A stretch of DNA of 62,869 nucleotides, filler included, from Octopus bimaculoides (GCF_001194135.2; 3 parts of 3 records of this genome joined end to end with filler, not necessarily neighbours in it); one strand, 5' to 3'; positions 11,176 through 23,340 are shown, counted from the whole stretch's first letter. Made by a program: numbers and translations. Notes: a model not told the origin generated them from the sequence alone.

Positions 11176-11742
11176 TGGTTTTTAATGGTGCATACATTAA
11201 ATAAACCATTACTCGCTAACCTTTTGCTATTTTCATGCAGACGATGTCTTCTAATTAATTAATTGATTAATTAATTGAGTCCTAAACAATTCTGTTTATC
11301 CACCACACCAACAAATACGCACTGGTATCTATCTACTTAGTAATTCATTCACTCCTAATTTGGTGAGTTAAGCAAGGGAGAGGAAGGAGGAATATAACTC
11401 CATTGATGAAGCCAGAAAAATACAGTAGCAGTAAACATGTTCAAAGTTGTCTCCCTTATCAATTTTTTATCATTTTCTCAAAAGCAAAGAGCAGTGCCCA
11501 GCAACCCTTCTCAGGGCCTCTGATATATTTGGAAGTGAGGGAGGAAGATATCCTGAAATTGAAGAACTGGTCTTTATACATTGAGGATTCCACTAAAAGT
11601 ACCTGAGGACCTGGTGCTGGGGTTAAACTGGTAGTTTAAATCTAACATCTAGGACTTGAATAAGAGCATAATAAGCATTTGATCCTCAGAAGAGGCAGGG
11701 CTGGTAAAAAAAAGCAAATTCATTATCTTCAATTCAGGTTCT

Positions 11743-12150
11743 GTGCCTGTCCTCATCAATGGTCATGAATGTTTGGTAATGACCAAGAGAGGACAATTGC
11801 GAATACAATCATCCAAACTGGGATTCCTCCAAAGGATCTCTGGAGTGACATTACTCTCCAGGGTGCATAACTTGGAGATCAAGGATTTTCTCCAGGCCAA
11901 GCCACTGCTTCTCTGTATTGAGGAGTCACAGCTCTGGTGCTATGAGTATTGGATTAGAATGTTACAGGAAAGAGACACAAGACTAATTCTTCGAGTGGAG
12001 CCAACTGGCAGGAGATCAAGAGATAGACCAAGAATAAGATGGCTAGATAACATCTATAGCCTCAGCTGGTCATGCTTGGGAATTCAGCCAGAAAGTGTAA
12101 TGATGGTTGTTTTGGATAGGCCCCTATGGAGGGGGTACCTGATGACTCTA
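11743..12150 (+). mobile_element. RTE-clade LINE, 3' part of the reverse-transcriptase ORF (relic)
   Basis: Translation GHECLVMTKR...GFLQRISGVTLLSRV...ESQLWCY...PTGRRSRDRPRIRWLDNI resembles the RTE C-terminal pattern (YGHExW...RW.GH...GRRPRGRPRTRWxD). Confidence 0.85.
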
Positions 12151-12221
12151 TCCCCATTACCCTCCAGGAATAGTGAGCTGAGAAGAGGGACTGATGGAAG
12201 GTATTTGTTCTAATAATTCTT

Positions 12222-12450
12222 ATTTCTTTATTGCCCACAAGGGGCTAAATATAGAGGGGACAAACAACGACAGACAAAGGGATTAAGTCGATTACATCGA
12301 CCCCAGTGTGTAATTGGTACTTGATTTATCGACCCCAAAAGGATAAAAGGCAGAGTTGACCTCGCGCGGAATTTGAACTCAGAATGTAATGACAGACGAA
12401 ATACTACTAAGCATTTCGCCCGTCATGCTAACTTTTCTGCCAGCTCGTCA
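12222..12450 (-). mobile_element. SINE-B, full length, young
   Basis: Reverse complement carries the head (gagctggcagaaa...gaaatgcttag), the ttctgagttcaaattcc B-box-like block, the central cttttatcc...ggggtcgataaa...agtacca block, and the tail ccccttgtgggcaataaagaaataag. Confidence 0.9.
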
Positions 12451-12602
12451 TCTTCTAATAATTCTACTTGTCCATTGGCATAGACTGCATTGTATTTATT
12501 GACCCTGAAAAATAAAAGAAAGGCTGACCACAGCGAGTTTGAACTCACAACACAAGGAGCTGAAATAAGAATAAATATTGCAAAGCATTTCATGAGGTAA
12601 CA

Positions 12603-13479
12603 TGTAAGATTGCATGTTCCTATGATTGTTATGTAATTATTACAGCATTTAGCTGAAACGCATGTATGCGCTATGTTGTGATGAGAGTTACAACGTCTCC
12701 TTGCAAGAGATAGAAGGATTTGAGTAAAGTATAAATAGTAACACTCTGAGTGAGTCCAGAGTTCGGAGTCGAGTGAAGTTCATGTTAGTTCGCAGTGAAG
12801 TCGGAAGGTGTTGGTTGGTTAGTTCACTAGGAATATTGATTGTTAGTTCATAAAGAGATTTGTTAGTTCATTACATTGTTTTTACTGTTGTCTGGTTATC
12901 TTATGTGAAGGTGCATGGCTCAGCGGTTAGAGCATCGAGCTTACGATCACGAGGTTATGAGTTCAAATCCCAGACCAGGCTGCGCATTGTGTTCTTATGC
13001 AAGACACTTTATTTCACGTTGCTCCAGTTCACTCAGCTGTAGAAATGAGTCACAATGTCACTGGTGCCAAGCTGTACCAGTCTTTGCCTTTCCCTTGGAT
13101 AACACTGGTGGCATGGAGAGGGGAGGCTGGTATGCATGGGCGACTACCGGTCTTCCATAAACAACCTTGCCCAGACTTGTGCCTCGGAAGATAACTTTCT
13201 AGGTGAAATCCCATGGTCAGTCAGGACTGAAGGGGGTCTCAGCAGGTTATCTTATTTATTGCACATAACAAACTATGTTACAACACCCTATGAAGCAATG
13301 AATACCACACCTGTATTCTGTATATGTAAACTACATTGAGGGTACCACAGCTGGAAGATTAGCTAAGCTCAGGTGTGTTCATTACTACTTATGTAATGAA
13401 CTAATGAACTTCAGTTAGTTATGTATGTTTGTAACCACTTATGTAATAAAAGCCAGTGAGTTTTCAAACAATTGTAACA
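12603..13479 (+). mobile_element. Candidate solo LTR, interrupted by SINE-C
   Basis: TGT...ACA termini, TATA-like gtataaata at about 12729, aataaa at about 13445. No convincing TSD. Confidence 0.4.
12905..13244 (+). mobile_element. SINE-C (tRNA-derived, CORE-like centre), full length with 11-bp TSD
   Basis: A-box tggctcagcgg and B-box gagttcaaatccc. TSD ggttatcttat at 12894-12904 and 13245-13255. Confidence 0.9.
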
Positions 13480-13570
13480 AATAATCTACCTGTTCTGCTT
13501 CTTATATTTTTTAGATACTTATTTGAATATTATGAAAGCATTTGAAGCCAATGAAGGCATGTTGTTTTCT

Positions 13571-13675
13571 GATCTGGTGACAGGGGATGAAGTGTGAGTA
13601 TATCTTTCTAACCCAGAAACAAAGGCTCATTTCATGGAATGGTGCCACATCTCTTGTTCAAGGCCTAAAAAGTTT
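13571..13675 (+). mobile_element. Mariner transposase fragment (first catalytic Asp region), pseudogenised
   Basis: DLVTGDEV*VYLSNPETKAHFMEWCHISCSRPKKF resembles IVTGDETWVxxYxPETKxQSxEW...PKK. Confidence 0.8.
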
Positions 13676-13984
13676 AATTCTTAGCAGAATTAGTTGCTAA
13701 ATCATGAATTGTATGGAAATAATCATCTCATCAAAATCCTTTTAATTTTCTTATAGGAAGGAGTATGTAACTTATGATGTGAATAAATATATTTTATCAT
13801 ACACTGTCTAACTTTTGTTCTCTATACTAGCTGCCTATGGCTTAAAGCTTGCTAGCTCCCCACACTTTGATCATACTTATTTGTTGATATATATNNNNNN
13901 NNNNNNNNNNNNNNNNNNNNNNNNNNNNNNNNNNNNNNNNNNNNNNNNNNNNNNNNNNNNNNNNNNNNNNNNNNATATGTATAT

Positions 13985-14318
13985 AAAGACCCCTTTTAGT
14001 CATGAATGACCATGGGATTGCACCTGGGAAGTTACCCTCTAAGGCACATGTCCAAGCAAGGTTGTTTTTCTATATGGAAGACCAGCAGTCACTCATGCAT
14101 ACCAGCCTCTCCTTTCCATGCCACCAATGTCATCCAAGGGAAAGGCAAAGGCCGATACAGCTTGGTACTACTGACATCACAACTCATTTCTAAAGCTGGG
14201 TGAACTGGACCAATGTGAAATAAAGTGTCTTGTTCAAGAACACAACACACACCCTGATTTGAGAATTGAACTCACTACCTCATGATTGTGAGCCCGACAC
14301 ACTAACCACTGAGCCATA
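13985..14318 (-). mobile_element. SINE-C, full length
   Basis: Reverse complement of the copy at 12905-13244. Confidence 0.88.
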
Positions 14319-15396
14319 ATATATGTATCATCATCATCATTTAATGTCTGCCTTATATGTATGTATGTATGTAGGAGAGAGGTGTGTATGTATGTATGTA
14401 TGTATGTAGGAGAGAGGTGTGTGTGTTTGTATGTGAGGAGAGAGAGATGTGAAATCCATATAATTAATGCGAGTGTATTGCATCTTTTGCAAAGGCATGA
14501 AGAGATGGCAGAACTGGGTTACACTTAATATCATGTAAAATTACATAATTATTGTGTATATTGATTTCAGTATGTTAGGTTGTTTATTTAACCCATCTCT
14601 TATCGGAATGACTGTAATCAGGTTATAAATGTGATACTAATATCTTCATTTTTCATTCATCATATATATGTATATATGATGATTGCTACTTCTTTACAGA
14701 AGAAGGCCATCTCTTCAATTAATAAATACTGTTATGAGGTCTTATGACTAGCAAGTCCTGCTCTTGACAAACAAACTCTACTGCAGATCTTACAAATATT
14801 TTTAAGTAGAAAATTGTCTGGGATTCTAGTTAAGTCCAGTCTAGAATAGATTATTCAATTCTTCGAGCTTCAAATGATTTACTTCTATTGTAGATCATTT
14901 GTTTCCAAACTAATCGATCTCACGTCATCTACTCCCAGTCTTCAACTTTCACATTAGAAATCTTTAGGTTGCTTTTGTCAGCATCCCTAAAACGTTTCTT
15001 AGGTTTATGTCTTGGACATTTGCCATGCTGCAACTCTCCGTAAAACAACTGCTTTGGCAACCTGTCATCCTGCATCCTAACAAGGTGCCCAGCATATACA
15101 TTTGTGCTCCTCTTACAGCATTAAGAGTATTTCAACAGCTTTGTGAATTGGAGCAACATGAGATAAAGTGTCTTGCTCAAGAACACAACACACAGCCTGG
15201 TCCAGGAATCAAACTCAATACCTCATGATTGTGAGCCTGATGCTCTAACCACTGAACCACACACCTTCAGATTGTTAATATTGGCAGAAAAACTAGCAAT
15301 TTCAAGGGTTGGTGTAAGTTGACTGCATCGACCCCAGTGCTCAGCTGGTACTTATCAATCCCAAAAAAGGATGTAAGGCAAAGTCAGCCTTGGTGG

Positions 15397-15700
15397 CATC
15401 ATCATCATCATCGTCGTCGTCGTCGTCGTCGTCGTTTAACGTCCGTTTTTCATGCTGGCATGGGTTGAACAGTTTGACTGAGGCCTGGAAAGCCAGTGGC
15501 TGCACCAGGCTCCAATCTGATCTAGCAATTTTTCTACAGCTGGATGCCCTTCCTAATACCAACCACTCCAAGAGTGTAGTGGGTGCTTTTTACGTGCCAC
15601 CGGCATGGGAGCCAGTCAGGGGGCACTGGCATCGACCACATTTGGATGGTGCTTTTTACATGCCGCTGACACAGGAGCCAGTCGATGGCCACTATGAACA
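15397..15700 (-). mobile_element. RTE-tail family D element with (GAT)n 3' end
   Basis: catcat...tttaacgtccgtttttcatgctggcatggg...ctggatgcccttcctaat block, recurring throughout the window and contiguous with RTE RT remnants at 42.8-43.2 kb and 48.8-49.2 kb. Confidence 0.85.
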
Positions 15701-15789
15701 CAATATGTAAAATCAGAAGAAATACCTTTCAGAATTTTGCCTGGCACAGTAACAATGCCTGCCAACTCACTTTCTTTAACCTATTAATA

Positions 15790-16000
15790 ATGGTTTCAAA
15801 TTTTGGCACAAGGCCAGCAATTTTGATGGAGGGCAAAAGTCAATTCCATTGATCTCACTTTTCAGCTGGCACTTATTTTATTAACCTGAAAAGATGAAAA
15901 GCAATATCACCCCCAGCAGCATTTGAACTCAGAATGTAACAACAGGCGAAATGATTGCTAAGCATTTTGCATGGTGTGCTAACGATTCTGCCAACTTGCC
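15790..16000 (-). mobile_element. SINE-B, degraded
   Basis: tttcaaattttggcacaaggcc tail through gcatttgaactcagaa and the head. Confidence 0.8.
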
Positions 16001-16691
16001 AACTTCATTATTATGAATATTAAAAGTTTTCAAAGTGGAATGATTTATATTGTCATTACGAAGAGAGGAAATCTATAATTTGAAGTAAAAACCCTTTGTT
16101 AGTGACAGATTAAACGTCTGCTAGAAGTACTAAATAAAATCATTGGTCTTAGCAAAAGTGATAAAAATATATCAATGGTCTCAATTTTGTTTTTACTGAT
16201 ATATAATGGCTGTGCTCTCATTATCATTGAAACATGGTCTCTTTATTACAGTCATATCATATTTCTCTGGAATTACAATCTTTCTTTTATTGCTTTCTGG
16301 TATTTTCATGGTTATTGTTGTTGTTGTTGTTGTTGTTGTTGTTTTTGCTGTTGTTGTTTTTACTGCTGCTGCTGTTGTTGTTACTGCCGTTACCATTACT
16401 TTTGTTGTTATTGTGGTTGTTGTGGTTCAGCACATGTTCAACGCTCATTGAGCAGAACTGTGATCAAAGGCCTTCCAGATGCAACCATGCCAACATTCTT
16501 ACAAGTATGTAAGACTACATCAGAATGGGGAACTACTTTCATGTTGAAGAGCTGCACTGAAGTTAACTCCTATCTGGACAAGGCCAGCTTAATAAAGAAT
16601 TATATGCCTAAAGCTTTTTTTTTATAAAAATTGAGTGTTGTACCAAAAGTAATGCAAATGTGGGCAAAACTTCTTTATTAACTGACATAGA

Positions 16692-17144
16692 TTACTCTTT
16701 TACTCTTTTACTTTTTTACTCTTTTACTTGTTTCAGTCATTTGACTGTGGCCATGCTGGAGCACTGCCTTTATAGTCGAGCAAATCAACACCANNNNNNN
16801 NNNCACTGCCTTTATAGTCGAGCAAATCAACACCAGGACTTATTCTTTGTAAGCCTAGTACTTATTCTATCGGTCTCTTTTGCCGAACCGCTAAGTTACA
16901 GGGAAGCAAACACACCAGCATCGGTTGTCAAGCGATGTTGGGGGGACAAACATCTACACACACATACATAAATATATACATATACGACAGGCTTCTTCCA
17001 GTTTCCGTCTACCAAATCCACTCACAAGGCTTTGGTCGGCCTGAGGCTATAGTAGAAGACACTTGCCCAAGGTGCCATGCAGTGGGACTGAACTCAGGAC
17101 CATGTGGTTGGTAAGCAAGCTCCTTACCACACAGCCACTCCTGT
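16692..17144 (-). mobile_element. SINE-A, full length
   Basis: Same blocks as the other SINE-A copies. The 10-N gap inside is flanked by duplicated sequence (assembly overlap). Confidence 0.9.
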
Positions 17145-17213
17145 GCATTTTAGCAGAGAAATTTTTCCTATATAGTAACTCATCTTCTAGTTCTTCTTCA
17201 TTGCCAGCAAATA

Positions 17214-17361
17214 ATGGATTCCGAGCAGAAACAACATGCTGTCATTGGGTTCTTGATGAAGGAGGGGTGCAGGCTGTCTGACAGCAACAGAAGGCTGCAG
17301 TTTGGTTACAGAGATGACACCATTGGCAAGAGAAGTTATATGCACAGATGGATAAAGAAGT
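17214..17361 (+). mobile_element. Mariner transposase N-terminal HTH fragment
   Basis: EQKQHAVIGFLMKEGCRLSDSNRRLQFGYRDDTIGKRSYMHRWIKKF resembles EQRAVIxFLxxEG..xxEIHxRLxxVYGD.....xxVxRWxKKF. Confidence 0.7.
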
Positions 17362-17365
17362 TTAA

Positions 17366-17581
17366 CATTGTAGCATTCAGATTATTCTGTCAAATGTAAT
17401 GTTTATTTATTCACCTTGTTTTGAATTTATCCTGCATTTGCCTGTAACTTTGAGATTTCTGATGATTGTTTATGTTCAAAATAACTTTCTAAAGTTGGAG
17501 TAAGATGTCAGATCTGGCCAGTTTGAACATAAAGCAAATAGAATATTTTGGCCAGATGTAGCAGATTTAAATGCTAAAGAG
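17366..17581. mobile_element. piggyBac-type MITE with TTAA target duplication
   Basis: ttaa at 17362-17365 and 17582-17585; termini cattgtagcatt / aatgctaaagag. A second copy lies at 38517-39134. Confidence 0.7.
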
Positions 17582-18176
17582 TTAAAGGAGGGAAAACAGC
17601 ATTGAAAGCAAGCCTTGCAAAGGGAAACAATCCACTGCAACCATTGACAGTTATGATCAGAAAGTGGACAGTTTGTTTCATGTGGACAGGTGTGATATAT
17701 TCTGTGAGCTTATTGCATAACTGACTGTATTCACAATACATTACAGAAGATGGTGAAAGACTTTGGATTTCAGAAAATGTGTACAAAAAGGGTCCCTTAA
17801 CTTCTGAGAAATGTGAGAATCTACTCTGGAAGGATTTGAAGCCAATAAAGATATGTTTTCTGATCTGACTTTGGGATTCCTATCAAGAGGGTTTCAAATC
17901 ACTGATCTAGACCCTGAACTAGAAGCATCCAAATTAGTCTTGTGCAACCCACTTCAGAGATGACAAGGGAAGTTTCCCATTATGTTATTGGTGAGTTTGA
18001 GATGACATTGATGTTTCTTTTCTTCCTCAAGTTTCTCACATCAGATTAGTCCAAAGCTTGCAGCTTCTTTGTAGAGGAAGCACCAGGTTTGCTAGCTCCA
18101 AGCAAAGTGTTCAAGTCACTCAAAAAGCATATAGAAGCCATTATAAAAAAAAAGAGGCCAAACAAGACATTGGAAA

Positions 18177-18400
18177 CCATCAACATTTACCTTCAGAATG
18201 TATGACCACAGAGATCTTTGGCAACAAATCAGTCAATGGGCAAACTGGGCTGATCAATATCTCCCACCCACCATGCAGCTCAGTTGATGTGTCTGCTCAC
18301 TGCCACATGTTCAGTCCATTAAAACACAGTCTTTGGAGGACAACAATTTGATGATACAAATAGGTGGAAGTGGCTATGAAGAAGTACTTACAGCAATACA
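18177..18400 (+). mobile_element. Highly decayed mariner transposase C-terminal fragment
   Basis: ISHPPCSSVDVSAHCHMFSPLKHSL, then after a frameshift GGQQFDD..VEVAMKKYL; resembles HPPYSPDLAPSDYHLFxxLKxxLxGxxF. Confidence 0.55.
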
Positions 18401-19591
18401 CAAAGAATCTAACTGTAGATTCCTTCAAAGCGGAATCAAGAGTCACTTTCAACAAAGGCACAAATGCAACACTTGAAATGGAAACTATGTTGAATTGTAG
18501 CTTTGTATATAAAAAGAATTACTCTACCAACATGTGCCATTTGAATAACTTATGTTTGTTAATTTCCCAAATAATTAACCCCCATGAATTTACAACAATT
18601 ATATTTACAGTATGCTTTGATCTTAATTCTTCAGCAATGCAGATGCTGCATTGCTGAAGGTTTAAGAAGTTTGCTTTACAATCATGGAGTCTCTCAGGTT
18701 GATATTGAATGACATTTGAGTAAATGTCACTTACCACCATAGACTCAGGCCAATGCCACAAATGGTTCCTACCTTGATCCTTATGACCCAAAGAGCTGCA
18801 CCAATGGCAGTTTTGTCCCTGGCAGGACTAACCAAGTCCATCAAGCCTAAAGTTGTTATGTCTCAAGCTACTGCTATTTAGCACCTTCGGATGATCTCTA
18901 CTCAACCACTACACAACTGCTACTCGACTGCTACTCAACTGTTACTCAACACTCCTACCACGGCCAGACTACCTCTATTTATATGTCTTGGGAGATCCTA
19001 CTTCTTTGCCTGGGGGCGTCGACACAACAAAAGTGAAGGATTAGACTAAATGAAGATCGCCACCAGAAGCCTTAGGAAGCAGCATAGCAGATCTACAATT
19101 TTGGAGGAAGAGTCAATTGAGCAATGATGAACGGTGAAGCTTATATGATGTTATAAGATGGAATCACATCAAAGACATTAACCAGAGACACCTAATTCTG
19201 AAAGGGAACCACTACTGACATCTATAGAATTGGTAATCATAAATGCCATTCAACCAATAGGTGATTAAACATAATTTTAACACTATCAACATGTTCATCT
19301 TACATCACTTGTTAAGCAGTCAAACAAAGACAGTATTCAGCTGTGGGTTTGAGGTCTTTAAAAAATTAGCTTCTAAAGTGTTCTGAAAATCAGCTTTAGA
19401 ACAAAAAAAATCTCAAGTAAAACTAGATGTCTTCAATGTAAATGTCTCTTGGTATTTTTTTAACTTTTAATGCAAGCACTCTAAATATTATTAATTACCT
19501 TTCTGAATTAGTAGTCAGAACAGTTGCCTTTAAAATGGATGTCATATATATTTAAGAATACTGACTCTTTCATGATAAGTTAGATCTCAAA

Positions 19592-19895
19592 CATCAGGAT
19601 GTCTGTAATGGCTGGACTTGTGTGTCAACCTCTACATGGAAAAATTTTATTAATGCAATAATCATTGAAGTAGATATATTTCTCAATCAACAAGAACACA
19701 AGTCATTAAACAGATCCTCCTTAGAATCGTAATTTCCACTTTGAATGGAAATTCTTTCACAATTACGGTCAAGTGCTACAATCCATCTCATGTAATGTCA
19801 AGAAAATGAAGTTGGTGGCTTCAATCAGGAACTCTCAACACTCACTCAATAAATACCGAGACATAATGTCTTGTTTATAGATGGAGACATGAAGA
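19592..19895 (+). mobile_element. RTE-clade LINE, apurinic endonuclease relic
   Basis: GWTCVSTSTWKNFINA...VKCYNPSH...ELSTLTQ*IPRHNVLFIDGDM, containing APE motifs xYxPT and GDxN, with stops and frameshifts. Confidence 0.75.
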
Positions 19896-19928
19896 AATAA
19901 ACTGTATGTAATCAAAATAACAGACATA

Positions 19929-20366
19929 TGAAGGGGTGCTGAAAAGTTCCTGGCTTTAAGGATATCATGAAAGGCCTGGCTGGAGGCCAAGTTCTTTTAC
20001 AGGGTTTTGAAAAACTGAAGGACTGCAGCAATAAGTGTGTGAATTTGATAGAAGAATCATCATCATCATCATCATCATCATCATGATCGTTTAACGTCCA
20101 CCTTCCATGCTGGCATGGGTGGGATGGTTTGACAGGAGCCAGCCAGGCAGAAAACTGAACCAGGCTTCTGTGACTGTTTTGACAGGATTTTTACAGCCGG
20201 ATGCCCTTCCTAACACCAACCACTCAGCAGAGTGGACATAGTGCTTTTTACATGGCACAAGCACAGACGAGGTCAGTTTTGGCAAGGTTTGTGAATACAA
20301 TTATAATTAACTGACCCTCCTGTATTTTCTTTTACCCAAGGCCAGGAACTTTTCAGCACCCCCTTA
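19929..20366. mobile_element. Tc1/mariner MITE with TA TSD and a nested family-D insert
   Basis: TIR tgaaggggtgctgaaaagttcctggc vs gccaggaacttttcagcaccccctta (2 mismatches in 26). TA at 19927-19928 and 20367-20368. Confidence 0.88.
20057..20290 (-). mobile_element. RTE-tail family D insert inside the MITE
   Basis: (CAT)n-tttaacgtcc...ggatgcccttcctaacacc block. Confidence 0.85.
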
Positions 20367-20720
20367 TACATATAACAAATCAGCTTATCAGCATTTTCAA
20401 TGGTTCATGACTTTATATTAATGTTGCAAAATGTGACTTCCCTTCTGCACCAGAACAACTCCAACAGCAAAAGTTAGCAGCAATGAAACTGCAGACCAGC
20501 CCAGCAAACGAGCTTTTACAGAGAAGTTGTGCCCAGCTAGATGTCTTCAAAACACACATCTTGTGGAATGCAGTTTTTTTGTTAATTGGTTTCACACTGA
20601 CTGACACCTGCTTACCATTCACCTATACATGGAGACTAAGCCCTCCTTATGTACTCATGCATTAATTTTGAGTTTTCTAAATAATTATGTGACTTCATAA
20701 CTTCTAGAACTTCATTCTTG

Positions 20721-20816
20721 ACCAATCAGCTTCCTGGCCACTAGGTAAGTTTCACCACCCCCATCCACCCACCCCGCCCCTATATATGCCACCTGACAAT
20801 ATGAGACATATCAGTT
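20721..20816 (+). promoter_or_regulatory. Candidate Pol II core promoter (CCAAT, GC box, TATA, Inr)
   Basis: ccaat 20722-20726 in a gaccaatcag context, ccccgcccc 20772-20780, tatatat 20781-20787, tcagtt 20811-20816. With A+1 at 20813, TATA is at -32 and CCAAT at -91. Confidence 0.4.
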
Positions 20817-21229
20817 ATAACATAATTCTGAAATTTCCTCTGATATTCTGACATGATGCAATATTACAGAGTGATTACACAGAAAACTAAACAACTTCAC
20901 AAATTTACCATAGAAAACCATAGTTAAGTTAACACAAACATAACTTATTCTCTCCTTCATAACACTAATTTCCAGAAAAAGAATGGTTAATTATGAATAT
21001 ATACTTACCCAAATGGTACAAAAGCTCAACCAAAAGTGGATAAATAATGTGATTAACTGTCAAGTTTGAAACAATGTTTTTCAAGATTCATTCTGATGAT
21101 AAAATCATATCTGTTACATTTCATTTCAGTCTGTATACCCTCCTGAATTCAAAATCATTGGCAATCTACAATGAGGCTGGTTTACACTGATTAACAATGA
21201 GGGAAAATATAATAATGGAATCAATACAT

Positions 21230-22720
21230 CAAAGAGATCAAAAACAAATTCAAAGACAATGATAATAATTCTCCAAACACTACCTTTGAAAATTCTGTCA
21301 TCCTAGAGTGATGTTGCTACAAGCAGTATTCCACTCAAACCCGAAATCAAGAGATGGGCACCTTGAGGAGGCCGTCATTAGGAAACATGAAAATATCAAG
21401 GAAACATGAAAGCCAATATGGATAACATGCAACTTACCAAAAGAAGGAACTACAGCAAAAGAAGCAGATTAAGAATTTATTGAAATGTATGAACAGGAGC
21501 AACAAAAGTGAGGCTGGTCTCATTGTATATTCTACTGATAGTCGACAGTTCTGCTTAGTATGGCAGACTGTTAGTGAAATTAGTTGTCACAAAAAGACAT
21601 ATTAAGCAAAATTAAAAGCCTCAGACCAATAGAGTTACTTCGACCAATAGAGAGACCGCTTTCAGAATCATATTAAGAAACTTCCTACCATTTACTGACG
21701 AACTTGTAGAAACTGTTGTAAACTACGAACTGAATATCAAAGAGTGTAATTTCACAGCAGATGAATTAACAGAGGCTCTGAAAATTAAAAACAGGAATGC
21801 TCATAGTACGGGCAAACAGCATACACACTGAAGACTGAGAAACTGAGGTATTTAAAGATATAATTCTCTGATGGTCAACAAAGTTCAATCAATAAATGAA
21901 CTCAATGCTGTAACCTCTCTAACCCCCCCCCCAATCCCACCCCTCATTCCCACCAAAAAGATGACTTTGGTTTAGTGCAGAATTACAGGAATATTAGCTT
22001 AACAGCTACTGCGGTTAAAACTGTATGACATAATGATACACCTTCACATTCATCTGGAGCTTGAGAAAAATTCTTCAAAGGAATAAGAAGCGGTTCGCAA
22101 ACAATCACTCAACAACTGGTCAAAAATTAATTGTCAGACAAACTGTAGAGTGTTTTTGAAGACTGAGAAACTGAGGTATTTAAGGAAATAATTCTCTGAT
22201 GGTCAACAAAGTTCAATCAATTAATGAACGCAAAGTCATAACCTCTCTTATCCTAAGAAAACAAAACCAAAAGATGACTTTGGCTTAGTGCAGAATTATA
22301 GGAATATTACCTTAACTGCTAAAACTGTATGACATAATGATACACCATCACATTCAGCTGAAGCTTGAGAAAAATTCTTCAAAGGAATAAGAATCGGTTC
22401 ATAGAGAATCACAACTGGTCGAATATTAACTGTCAGAGTGTTTTTGAGCAATGAATCTTCCTGTCATTTTATCATTCATAGATTTCTTAAAAGTCTTTGA
22501 TTCAGTTCACCAAAGTAAGATGCAACAAATTCCTTGACCTATGGAATCCCCTGAAGAAAAAGCAGATGAAATACTGATGCTCTAAAAAACATATACATGC
22601 TGATTATTATTCACTCAATGAAGAGACAGAATTTTTCAGCATTATCGCTGGTGTTGTACAGGGAGACATCTTTACACTTTTCTTATTCGTACTCTATCCA
22701 GATTCTCAGCCTCTACAATA
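21230..22720 (+). mobile_element. RTE-clade LINE, reverse-transcriptase relic (same element as 19592-19895)
   Basis: WQTVSEIS, DFGLVQNYRNISLTA, NLPVILSFIDFLKVFDSVH, TYGIPEE, IIAGVVQGD: RT domain motifs with many lesions. Contains a 328-bp tandem duplication. Confidence 0.85.
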
Positions 22721-23034
22721 ACAAAAACACATAATGTTGATGACTTCATCCTAATATCAGATATGGTTGCAGGAGCCACTACACTTCTTCACAACCAAGA
22801 AAGGTTCATGTTTCTGGACACTACTGGAGAAGTAAAGAGGAGTTGACATCTTTCTTTGGACTCAGTGAAACAGTTGTAATTGCATAAGTCATCTCACTAA
22901 GACATATATCCATCAGTTAAGAGATAACATTGAATGTAATTGAGAGGGACTATAAACTACTGTGGAATATAGAGATAGATGAGAGATCAGTATCATGTGA
23001 GTCTGAGTCAGTTTGATCTTATGATAGATACAAC

Positions 23035-23340
23035 ATGGCTCAATGGTCAAAGACTTTGCTTTTCAATCATGAGATCACAGGTTTAATTCCACTGAATGGC
23101 CTTGTAGACATATGACATGTGTCAGTTACTATAACCATCAATTTAGAGAACACAAACAGTGTGTAAATTTGTTGCAGGGATTGTACCTGTAATTTAAAGG
23201 TTCAGCCTTGTTGCAAATGGTATATGTACAGCATTAAGGATACACAGGTCTGTGGAATACTCAGCCATTTATACTATAATTAGCAGGTTGTTCAGTTGAT
23301 CAAATAATTGAATACTCATTGCCAAAACCAATGGAGATCA
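23035..23340 (+). mobile_element. SINE-E, old copy
   Basis: tRNA-like head tggctcaatggt, and a ctgtggaatactcagcca...gttcagttgatc block homologous to the reverse complement of 58261-58495. Confidence 0.65.

Noticed and set aside
12905-12980. tRNA genes at SINE heads (also 56083-56160)
   Set aside because: A and B boxes are present, but there is no acceptor stem or full cloverleaf, and each continues into a shared SINE body.
16763-16834. Direct repeat flanking a 10-N gap (similarly at 1420-1429)
   Set aside because: This is typical unmerged contig overlap, not a biological duplication.
21695-21730. CUGACGA...GAAA hammerhead-like string
   Set aside because: No stem I or II pairing, and it lies within the decayed RT coding relic.
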